Source: Myxococcota bacterium
Lineage (GTDB): Bacteria > Myxococcota_A > UBA796 > GCA-2862545
Assembly: GCA_039208735.1 (NCBI GenBank)
Contig: JBCCQY010000196.1
Location: 1 to 14,127, forward strand
Reading direction: 5' to 3'
Length of the DNA: 14,127 nt
Shown: positions 1 to 7,246 of the stretch, in pieces
Position numbering within the stretch: the stretch's first letter is position 1
Layout of the letters: each line of letters opens with the position of its first letter
Made by a program: the position numbers and the translations under genes
Notes under the pieces: generated by a model
What the model was told of the DNA's origin: nothing
Databases searched by the model: none
The model's input: only the letters and a program-made list of their open reading frames with translations

Positions 1-442
1 ACGTCGCGTGGAGGCCCCGTTCGACGGAGGAACCGTCCGTCCCCACGCGCACCATCTGCGCGAAGAGCGACTCGAGGTATGGCGTGCTCGGGGTGAGGTA
101 GCGCACGCCGTTGACCGCACGCAGTCTTCCGGCCTGGGTTGCCGCGTCGGTGTCCGTCGTGACCACGCCGACGTGAAAGTCGAGTCCAGACCCGTCGATC
201 GCTTCTATGAACCGAGGGAAGTTGTCGCCGAGCGCTTTCTGGTCGTTGAGCATGGAGCAGCTGTTGTCGACGACGAAGAGGATGTCGGCCTCATCTTGTA
301 CGACCTGAACGCGGCGGTCGGTGATGCACAAGCCATCAAAGTCCTGGGGATCAAGGTCTTCGGGCGAACTCGCGTCGTCGACGAAGGAACGCTCCAAACA
401 GCTGAGGGCACACAGCGCCAGGATGGAAAGTCGGATGGCCAT
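1..442 (-). CDS. vWA-domain lipoprotein, CglB-like myxobacterial family (partial; 3' end runs off the window start)
   Basis: Absent from the ORF track because its stop is outside the window. Manual translation from ATG 442: MAIRLSILALCALSC-LERSFVDD...DEADILFVVDNSCSMLNDQKALGDNFPRFIEAIDGSGLDFHVGVVTTD...VGTDGSSVERGLHAT. It has a lipoprotein signal with Cys15, a MIDAS DxSxS motif (DNSCS, 254-268) and the DFHVGVVTTD vWA strand. SD GGAG lies 6 nt upstream. Confidence 0.85.
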   Translation of the reverse strand, partial: MAIRLSILALCALSCLERSFVDDASSPEDLDPQDFDGLCITDRRVQVVQDEADILFVVDNSCSMLNDQKALGDNFPRFIEAIDGSGLDFHVGVVTTDTDAATQAGRLRAVNGVRYLTPSTPYLESLFAQMVRVGTDGSSVERGLHAT

Positions 443-660
443 GGCAAACTCCGCGGTCGTCAACCGGCTATGCCCGAGCGGCAATCTCAACGTCGCCCAA
501 AGTCCCGCCTCGACGTGGTGGGGGCCGATCGTCCGCGGCGATCCTGGCTGTCCAGCTTGGGGACTTCGGCGAGGCGGTGCATCGGCTGGACGAGGCCATC
601 GTGGTGGCCATTCGGTCCGGTGACCTTGAGCGCGTGTACGCCGCACGGGTCCCCTGGCCG

Positions 661-1176
661 TCAAACCAGCCCACGGGTGAGCGAATCGACGCGCTTGAGC
701 AAGGTGGGCAGTCGATAGGGGCCATGCATCGAGCGTACATAAGCGGCTGCGGCTTCGACGGTGAGCCCCACGGCGGTCACGTACAAGGGGCGGGTCGATT
801 CGGTGCCGCGCAGCACTTCGGTCGCGTACCCTCCATGAAAGCGGGATTTGGCGACGCCGACCACCGCGACCCGCCGCTCAAGAGCCTCGTAAAGGTGATG
901 GCCCAACCCCGGACGCCCTTCGCCCAACCACACGTGGCCGTCCACGATCACGGTCCCGATCTGCTCACGCAGAGGGTCGAGAAGCGCCAGTAGGCAGGGC
1001 AGTTCACGTTGGTAGAACGAACCAGGGACGTAGTCCGCGATGGCATCGATGTGCGTGCGCCACTCGTGGCTCGGCGCTGCATCCTCCCAGCGCTCAAACG
1101 CCACCGCGGCACCTCGTCCCGTGCGCGTGGGCTCGTCATACAGCACGTCGGTCGCGACGATCCAGGATGCCGCCAC
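661..1176 (-). CDS. nfi: Endonuclease V family protein, short divergent type (~171 aa)
   Basis: Acidic catalytic motifs DVLY, YVPGSFYQRELP (wedge plus Glu) and IVDG, then VGVAKS, RPLYVT and YRLPTLLKRVD. Start moved to GTG 1176 because GGAGG lies 4 nt upstream (the track start is 1197). Confidence 0.88.
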   Translation of the reverse strand: MAASWIVATDVLYDEPTRTGRGAAVAFERWEDAAPSHEWRTHIDAIADYVPGSFYQRELPCLLALLDPLREQIGTVIVDGHVWLGEGRPGLGHHLYEALERRVAVVGVAKSRFHGGYATEVLRGTESTRPLYVTAVGLTVEAAAAYVRSMHGPYRLPTLLKRVDSLTRGLV

Positions 1177-1240
1177 CAAACCTCCTCGAAGGAGCACGGG
1201 CGGTCAAGTCCGCGCGTATCGCCCCGGCTACCCCTATCGC

Positions 1241-2056
1241 ATGCGCCCACCTCCATGGACTGCTCGAATTTGGCGAACGGTCGACCACATCCAGCATCAC
1301 CTTCAAGACGACCTGGCTCCCGAGGAGCTGGCCGCGATTGCTGGATTCTCGTTGCACCACTTTCACCGTGTGTTTCGCGGGCTCACGGGGGAGTCCGTCA
1401 TGGGCTTCGTGCGGCGACTTCGTTTGGAGCAGGCGGCCCTGCGGCTCAAGATTCGCGACGTTCCGATCACCGATATTGCGCTCCGGTCGGGATATAGCAG
1501 CCATGAGGCATTCACCCGAGCCTTTCGCAGTCGGTTTGGAACGTCTCCTCGGCGCTACCGGGCGCAGTCCGGCCCGTCGGCCGCGGTGCCCAACGTCCGC
1601 ATGGAACGGCAGCCCCAACGATGCATCATCCGCCTTCGGCATGTGGGGCCTTACGAGACGTGCGGGCCGGCCTGGGACGCAATGGAGCGGCTGATCGAGA
1701 CGCAAGCGCTCTGGTCCAGCGTGAGCCATGTGCTGGGCGTTTGTTTCGACGACCCCGACATCACGGATCCACAACGGCTTCGCTACGACGTGGCGATCGC
1801 GTTGGAAGGAGCCCCCGCGGTCGCACTGCCGCCCGAGTTCACGATGGGGTGGATTCCGGCTGGTGAATACGCGGTTGCACTGCACAAAGGGCCGTACGAA
1901 ACGCTTCACGACACCTATGTTGGAATGCTTGGCCGATTCCTGCCTTTTTGGGGAGTGGAACTCGCAGCCGAGCCGATCGTCGAGCGCTACTTGACGCACC
2001 CCGCCGAAACCGCGCCCGAAGAGTCTCTCACCGAGGTCATGGTGCGTATTCAATAG
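1241..2056 (+). CDS. AraC-family transcriptional regulator with C-terminal GyrI-like small-molecule-binding domain (~271 aa)
   Basis: N-terminal double HTH (EELAAIAGFSLHHFHRVFRGLTGES...ITDIALRSGYSSHEAFTRAFRSRFGTSPRRYR) and GyrI-like C-terminus (RHVGPY, DDPDITDPQRLRYD, IPAGEYAVALHKGPYETL, ERYL). ATG 1241 chosen because the longer ORF overlaps the divergent EndoV gene. Confidence 0.93.
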   Translation: MRPPPWTARIWRTVDHIQHHLQDDLAPEELAAIAGFSLHHFHRVFRGLTGESVMGFVRRLRLEQAALRLKIRDVPITDIALRSGYSSHEAFTRAFRSRFGTSPRRYRAQSGPSAAVPNVRMERQPQRCIIRLRHVGPYETCGPAWDAMERLIETQALWSSVSHVLGVCFDDPDITDPQRLRYDVAIALEGAPAVALPPEFTMGWIPAGEYAVALHKGPYETLHDTYVGMLGRFLPFWGVELAAEPIVERYLTHPAETAPEESLTEVMVRIQ

Positions 2057-2064
2057 GAGAGAAG

Positions 2065-2466
2065 ATGGAAAACCCGAGTATCGTTTCGCACATCTCAGTC
2101 GGCACCAACGACTTCGATCGTGCGGTGGCGTTTTACGATGAGGTCATGGCAAGCATTGGGGCGAAGCGTCAAATGCAGCACCCAGGGGCGATGGCCTATG
2201 GTAAGCAGTTCCCTGAGTTCTGGGTCCAAGCCCCCTTCGATGGAGGAACGGCCCAAGTCGGTAACGGTTCGCACGTTGCCTTTTTGGCCGTGAACCGCGA
2301 AGAGGTCCATGCCTTCTTCGAAGCCGCGCTCAGGGCAGGGGCAACGCCCGATGGCGACCCTGGCCCCCGTCCCCATTACGGTGCACCTTATTACGGGTGT
2401 TTCGTTCGAGATCTGGATGGTCACAAGATCGAGTGCACCTTTTGGGACACGTCGATTCCTGGCTGA
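2065..2466 (+). CDS. VOC (glyoxalase/bleomycin-resistance) family protein (~133 aa)
   Basis: SHISVGTNDFDRAVAFYD, GNGSHVAF, GDPGPRPHYGAPYYGCFVRDLDGHKIE. SD AGGAG upstream. Starts 8 nt after the AraC stop, so probably co-transcribed. Confidence 0.93.
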   Translation: MENPSIVSHISVGTNDFDRAVAFYDEVMASIGAKRQMQHPGAMAYGKQFPEFWVQAPFDGGTAQVGNGSHVAFLAVNREEVHAFFEAALRAGATPDGDPGPRPHYGAPYYGCFVRDLDGHKIECTFWDTSIPG

Positions 2467-2480
2467 ACAAGTCCACTCCG

Positions 2481-2509
2481 TTGAGGGGGTGGCAATTCCT
2501 CGATAGATT
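2481..2509 (+). promoter_or_regulatory. Putative sigma70-type promoter of the TetR gene (leaderless)
   Basis: TTGAGG (2481-2486)-N17-TAGATT (2504-2509)-N5-ATG 2515, with no SD at the usual spacing. Confidence 0.55.
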
Positions 2510-2514
2510 CCGTC

Positions 2515-3138
2515 ATGTCGTCTAATCCTCCTGCTGTGGCTGCACGAAATGCCATCCTCGATGCAGCCGAGAATGCCTTTGCCGATCGCGGTTTTCACGA
2601 CACGAAGTTGTGGGACATCGCACGTTCGATCGGCGTGACGAAGTCGCTCATCCACGATCACTTTGGTTCGAAAGAAGACCTCTTCGACGCCGTGGTGACG
2701 AGGGTCTCAGAAGCCTATGTGACCGCGCAGGCTGCGCAATGGGATCGCGACGGCAAGGATGTGCGACTCCTCATTGAAGGAATTTCCGTTTTGTTTACGT
2801 TCATTGGACGACACCCAAAAGCGTCGCGGTTGATGTTGCGGGCCCAGCTGGACGGACGGATGCCTCGCGTACCCTACGCCGAAGTCATCAACGTGCGCAT
2901 TCGTCAGAAGCTGACGGAAGCGAAACAGGCGGGACTCCTGCGCCCTGAGGTGAGCATCGAAGTCGCACAGCTGTTGATCGGTTCGGTGACACGTGGGTTT
3001 TGGGAGCGCGTCGAGTACAACCCTAAACTAAAGGACCGTGCGTCAGACCTGGTGGAAGGGTTGCTGGAGGCGATGCTCGCCGGACTGTTGACCGACGAAG
3101 CGATGGCCGAGGTTCGTGTCCTGTTGGCGGAACGTTAG
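2515..3138 (+). CDS. TetR/AcrR family transcriptional regulator (207 aa)
   Basis: N-terminal HTH ILDAAENAFADRGFHDTKLWDIARSIGVTKSLIHDHFGSKEDLF followed by a helical C-terminal domain. Confidence 0.93.
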   Translation: MSSNPPAVAARNAILDAAENAFADRGFHDTKLWDIARSIGVTKSLIHDHFGSKEDLFDAVVTRVSEAYVTAQAAQWDRDGKDVRLLIEGISVLFTFIGRHPKASRLMLRAQLDGRMPRVPYAEVINVRIRQKLTEAKQAGLLRPEVSIEVAQLLIGSVTRGFWERVEYNPKLKDRASDLVEGLLEAMLAGLLTDEAMAEVRVLLAER

Positions 3139-4493
3139 GCTGGGTTCTCGGACATATGCGCCTGCAGGTCATCGTACGATGCGTACGGTGCGATGTCGCG
3201 GTGTCGCAAAAGCACCCAGTCGATTTCGCCAAGCGAAGCCAAGACGCTTGCCCAAGTTTCGCGCACCATCCCCCGAGTGGCACCGGTGAGGCTTTGGGCG
3301 CGTCGGCAGATGTCGCCCGACGTTCGTTTGCCGTCGATGCCTTCGACCAGCGCTGCGGTGATGGCTTCGTTGGACAAGAACGTTCGACGGCCGGTGGGGT
3401 GCGAAATGGTGGAGATCCCGCCCGCTTGGGCCCGTAGAAATGCGGCGATGGTGGGTCCATCGAAGGGTTCGAAGAGGGGTTGTCCGGCGAGCCTCAAGCC
3501 ATTCACCTCGGGTACGAGGTCGTCATCGTCAGGACTTGCGGCCGTGGGGTTGCGGAAAGAGACGTAGAAACTATGGAGTTCGACCCTTGGATGAACGAGC
3601 TCGGCAATCGCGGCTTGCTCGCGAGGGGACGCAGCGGCAATGCGCTCCCGGAGTTCGGGGTCCCGGACAAAGCGCAACGGGTTCATCCACATTCGACCTT
3701 CGAGCGTCGCCTGAAAGCTCGCGAAGCCGTTGAAGCAGAGTCCTGCTCCCTCCACCAATTCGTAGACCTCGTCCACGGTGTAGGCCCGGTCTTGCGCGTG
3801 GAGGAACGTGTCGACGACGTTGGTTTCATCGCGACGAAACGCTTCGATGTGGCGGGCCTGATGAATGCCCGTACTTGCGTAGAACCAAGGCGGAAGCGTC
3901 TCCATCATGGCATAGGCATGCCGAATGCGGTCGCTTGACGAGTCGTCGGCAGCGCGGAGCCGCCGCAGCAGATCCTGCAGTACGTAAACGTGCCGGCGCC
4001 CGTAGCGACCGTAGACCATAAGGCCCATGGCGCCGCTTTCGTCCAGCACACTCGTCAGCGCAGCGAGTCCTGCATCGGGATCGGGAAGGTGATGCAGCAC
4101 GCCGGTGCAATTGATGTAGTCAAAGGCTCCGAGGTCCATCTTCGGCAAGTCGAGCAGCGAGCCGTGAAGGAACGTCACGTCGAGGCCCCGACGAGCCACC
4201 CGGGCTTTCGCGATGTCGAGCGAAGCGCGAGAGAGGTCGAGCTGCACAATCTCGGAGCCCGTGCCTCGGAGCTGCTCGGCGAGAAACACAGAGGCATGGC
4301 CCGTGCCTCCACCCGCCACCAGCACGCGACACCCTTGCCTTAGGTCTCGTCGCCCGGCAAAGCAGCGGTGGCTGATGGTCAACAGCGCGTCTTGGGGCAT
4401 GATCTGCAGTCGCCGGGATTCGTCGGCAGGATCAACCTTGGGAAAAGGGTAATCCTCATACTGTTGCCGAACGGGGTCCGCGGTCAGGGGCAT
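3135..4493 (-). CDS. Class I SAM-dependent methyltransferase with C-terminal extension (~452 aa)
   Basis: VRQQYEDYPFP N-terminal motif, motif I VLVAGGGTG, LDLSRASL, FDYINCTGVLHHLPDP, LMVYGRYGR, DTFLHAQDRAYTV. ATG 4493 has GGAGG/AGGAAGG upstream. The track start (4793) overlaps the MOSC gene. Confidence 0.9.
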   Translation of the reverse strand: MPLTADPVRQQYEDYPFPKVDPADESRRLQIMPQDALLTISHRCFAGRRDLRQGCRVLVAGGGTGHASVFLAEQLRGTGSEIVQLDLSRASLDIAKARVARRGLDVTFLHGSLLDLPKMDLGAFDYINCTGVLHHLPDPDAGLAALTSVLDESGAMGLMVYGRYGRRHVYVLQDLLRRLRAADDSSSDRIRHAYAMMETLPPWFYASTGIHQARHIEAFRRDETNVVDTFLHAQDRAYTVDEVYELVEGAGLCFNGFASFQATLEGRMWMNPLRFVRDPELRERIAAASPREQAAIAELVHPRVELHSFYVSFRNPTAASPDDDDLVPEVNGLRLAGQPLFEPFDGPTIAAFLRAQAGGISTISHPTGRRTFLSNEAITAALVEGIDGKRTSGDICRRAQSLTGATRGMVRETWASVLASLGEIDWVLLRHRDIAPYASYDDLQAHMSENPA

Positions 4494-4522
4494 GGTCACC
4501 TTCCTGCCCCTCCATCGGCGAG

Positions 4523-5146
4523 TCAGCCGACTCGCTTGCGGGCCCAAGCTTTCCAGGCATCGGACAGGGTGGGCACCTCGAGGAGCTGCGCTGCATCCGC
4601 GCGACGGGTGAAGTAGATGTCGAAGACGTCGACCACGGTGAGCCCATCGTCGGCCTGCGACACGACCTCGATGGCATCGCCACGCTGCAGCGTTCCTTCT
4701 TGGACGATGCGCAGGTAAGTCCCGGGACGGCGGGCTTGTGCGAACCGTCGAACGAACGTGGGCATGCCCATTCGAACCCCAAGTTTGAAGCACGGCACCC
4801 GGGGCTCGCTCACCTCAAACACCGCGCTGCCGATCGACCACCGGTCGCCGATGCGGGCCGTGTTTGGATCAAGCCCTTCGAGGGTCAGGTTTTCGCCAAA
4901 GGTGCCGGGCTCGACTTCGAACCCTTCCTCGCGCCACGCCTCGTAGTCTTCGATGGCGTAGGCATACACCGCTTTGTGGACGCCACCGTGCGCGTTGCGA
5001 TCCGCCTGGTCATCGCCCGCGAGGTTCACCCCCCGGGCCGCCACCGGGCCCTCCACGGGCGTTTTCCAGATTGCACTTTTGATCGAGTTCCCCAAGTGAT
5101 CAAAGGTGCGAGGACGACCGACATGAATGGACCTGACGCGTGCCAC
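4523..5146 (-). CDS. MOSC domain protein with 3-alpha C-terminus, YiiM-like (~207 aa)
   Basis: SAIWKTPV, NLAGDDQADRNAHGGVHKAVYAY, FGENLT, IGDRWSIG, EVSEPRVPCFKL (conserved Moco-ligand Cys), RPGTYLRIVQEG, and a 3-alpha-like tail LSDAWK. GTG 5146 is preceded by GGGAGGGAGG. ATG 5182 is an alternative start. Confidence 0.92.
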   Translation of the reverse strand: MARVRSIHVGRPRTFDHLGNSIKSAIWKTPVEGPVAARGVNLAGDDQADRNAHGGVHKAVYAYAIEDYEAWREEGFEVEPGTFGENLTLEGLDPNTARIGDRWSIGSAVFEVSEPRVPCFKLGVRMGMPTFVRRFAQARRPGTYLRIVQEGTLQRGDAIEVVSQADDGLTVVDVFDIYFTRRADAAQLLEVPTLSDAWKAWARKRVG

Positions 5147-5180
5147 GAGCCTCCCTCCCGAACCCGTCCTATCTTCCTGC

Positions 5181-6800
5181 ATGACCGACGTTGAGCGGGT
5201 GCGCGAGCGTTTTGGCAAGGATCTAGATCCCGATCTCGTCGAGAGACTTCTGCCGCACCTCGAGGCCGTCGAGGGCGGTTTGCCCGGGTCCGAACCATTG
5301 GCGAGCGTGCTCCGCGACCTGCTGCAGGACCACGCTGATTTCGGGGCGGCCGCTTTCCGAAGACTGCTCGAGCGAGGCCCCGTGCCCACCCGTTGGATTG
5401 TAGGGGCAGCGACCTACATCGCCCAGACCACCGGCGTACCGACCCAGTACCAGCTGTTGAACCTGCTTGCGGAGACAGGGCAGCTCGGAGACCTTCCCGC
5501 TGCCCTGCGCCATTGGAGGGCCCAAGATGACGTCCGAGACGGCGGCGTGGTCGAGGAACATGCGATGCTGGTCGAGCGCACACGGGATGCTTGGGCGCCC
5601 ACCCGATCTCGGCTCGAATGGAGTGGGTGGCCGACCTCTGGGGGCACGCGTCGGGAACAGACGCCCCGAGCCGCGCTGATTCAGGCCGTGCGACAGGACC
5701 CTCACAACGACGCCGCCTGGTCGGTCCTGGCCGATCTCCTGGAAGGCTCAGATCCCCTACATGCCAAGGCCATTCGACGGCGTGGTCGACAGGGATGGGA
5801 AGCGGGCCGAGCCGCTACCGACCGCTACAACGAGACGTTTCGGTCAGCCGATGGGGTGCTGCCCTCTTGGCATCGTGGATTTGTGACGTGGACCGCGCTC
5901 CCAGGCGGAGATCGTCTCGTTCGGGCGGCAAACCTGCTCGAGCATCCGGTTGCAGGACTGCTCGACACCCTGGTGCTTCATGACCCCTGGCCGGAAGATG
6001 CGGCTGCGCTCGCAAAGCTTCCCCCATCCCTTTCGGCGGTCCAGATCCTCCAGGGGGCCGACCCGCTTCGGCGTCCCGACATGCTGGCTGCGCTGGCACA
6101 ATCCCCGCTTGCGGAAAGCCTCGAGGTCCTGCATCTCTCGGGCCTGACCGGGCCAGAGGGATTGGCTAGGTTTCAGCAGGCGACTTGGCCTGCGTTGCGG
6201 ACGCTGCGCCTCGAACACCATGCCTCGGGTGACTCGGTCATTGGAAACCTTCCACCCACGCTTCGTCGGCTGGGTCTTCGCGCGACCGGGCTTACCGATG
6301 ACGGAGCGGCACGGTTGGCGCGTTGGTCAGGGATTTCGAACGTGATCGAGCTTTCCCTCGGCAACAATCCCATCAGCGGCGCTGGGCTCGCGGAACTCCT
6401 GCCGCGGGCCCCCCAGCTGCTCAGCTTGGATTTGGACCGAGCCCAGCTCACGGATGCTGCCTTGTCGCTGCTTTGCGAAGCCCCTTGGGCGAAGCATTTG
6501 CGTCGTCTCCGGGTGGTGGACACCGGCATCACGGCGGAGGCGTTGCTTTCGCGACTTGAGGCGTTCCCCAACCTCCGAGACCTCGCGTTGACCGTCCGTG
6601 GCACTTCGGTGACGTTGGCGGCATTGGTGCAACGAACGTTGCCCACCACGTTGCGCATGATTCGAGCGCACTTCGTAGGGCGTTGGACCGAACACCCTTG
6701 GCCGCTTGCAACCCCATGGTTGACCGACGAAGGGGCCCACATTGCGTTCGATCCATGGCGCGAGCCACTCGCTCCGCTGGCGGGTACAACGACTTCATGA
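5181..6800 (+). CDS. TIGR02996-like repeat-companion domain plus RI-like leucine-rich repeat protein (~539 aa)
   Basis: LIQAVRQDPHNDAAWSVLADLLE (5676-5744) followed by WHRGFV, then LRRs (LEVLHLS, LRTLRLE, LRRLGLRATGLTDDGAARLA, VIELSLGNNPISGAGLAEL, LLSLDLDRAQLTDAALSLL, LRRLRVVDTGITAEAL, LRDLAL). Confidence 0.82.
   Translation: MTDVERVRERFGKDLDPDLVERLLPHLEAVEGGLPGSEPLASVLRDLLQDHADFGAAAFRRLLERGPVPTRWIVGAATYIAQTTGVPTQYQLLNLLAETGQLGDLPAALRHWRAQDDVRDGGVVEEHAMLVERTRDAWAPTRSRLEWSGWPTSGGTRREQTPRAALIQAVRQDPHNDAAWSVLADLLEGSDPLHAKAIRRRGRQGWEAGRAATDRYNETFRSADGVLPSWHRGFVTWTALPGGDRLVRAANLLEHPVAGLLDTLVLHDPWPEDAAALAKLPPSLSAVQILQGADPLRRPDMLAALAQSPLAESLEVLHLSGLTGPEGLARFQQATWPALRTLRLEHHASGDSVIGNLPPTLRRLGLRATGLTDDGAARLARWSGISNVIELSLGNNPISGAGLAELLPRAPQLLSLDLDRAQLTDAALSLLCEAPWAKHLRRLRVVDTGITAEALLSRLEAFPNLRDLALTVRGTSVTLAALVQRTLPTTLRMIRAHFVGRWTEHPWPLATPWLTDEGAHIAFDPWREPLAPLAGTTTS
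6120..6593 (+). repeat. About 7 degenerate leucine-rich repeats (protein level)
   Basis: Recurrent LxxLxL units, several with the xxxxl(t/s)dxgxxxL extension, at roughly 22-28 aa period. Confidence 0.75.
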
Positions 6801-7246
6801 TGTGGTGGATTTCCATGGCGCTTGCCGCGCCGATTTCGGGGGCCTCGTCGAACGTGGACGAGGCCATGTGGATGCTGCTCTCGGCCCGTCATGCGGTGCC
6901 TTGCGAGACCGTGACCGCAACGAGTCCGGATCCGGTAGAGGACCTGTTGGTCGTGGTGGAACAGGTCAGCATGCCGCCGTGGGCTCCGATGCGCGCGGCA
7001 GATTGCCTCATCCGCCAGCACGCCGCTGACGTTCGGGTGGTCGACGAGTTGCAGGAGTGGGTCGTGGACCCAGCCCGCAAGGGACTGGGTCGGCTTGTCA
7101 TGACGCGCATCGACGCGCTGGATGCTCCGATGGCGGTCGACCTCGCCCGCCGGGCATGGGCCGCCAATCTCGATGCGAGATTCGTGGAGCGCCGACTGTT
7201 GCGCAGCGCCAACCCTGACATTCGAGCCGTCGTCACCAAACCCTAG
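6797..7246 (+). CDS. Hypothetical secreted protein (~149 aa)
   Basis: ATGA overlap with the LRR stop. Very short signal-like N-terminus MMWWISMALA-AP, two Cys, helical character. It exactly fills the gap up to the convergent ABC-F stop. Confidence 0.7.
   Translation: MMWWISMALAAPISGASSNVDEAMWMLLSARHAVPCETVTATSPDPVEDLLVVVEQVSMPPWAPMRAADCLIRQHAADVRVVDELQEWVVDPARKGLGRLVMTRIDALDAPMAVDLARRAWAANLDARFVERRLLRSANPDIRAVVTKP

Noticed and set aside
8..718. 236-aa + strand ORF
   Set aside because: Antisense shadow of the vWA lipoprotein gene, with no recognisable motifs.
1040..1240. N-terminal extension of the AraC ORF
   Set aside because: Overlaps the divergent EndoV gene. AraC similarity starts near ATG 1241.
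1136..2053. 305-aa - strand ORF
   Set aside because: Antisense to the AraC gene, as expected from stop-codon scarcity in GC-rich DNA.
4494..4793. 100-aa N-terminal extension of the methyltransferase, or a possible MOSC-methyltransferase frameshift fusion
   Set aside because: Both ORFs have their own stop, SD and start. The Arg-rich extension is an off-frame read of MOSC, and no slippery site is evident.
5147..5389. N-terminal extension of the MOSC ORF to 5389
   Set aside because: Lies antisense within the LRR gene. MOSC similarity and a strong SD point to GTG 5146.
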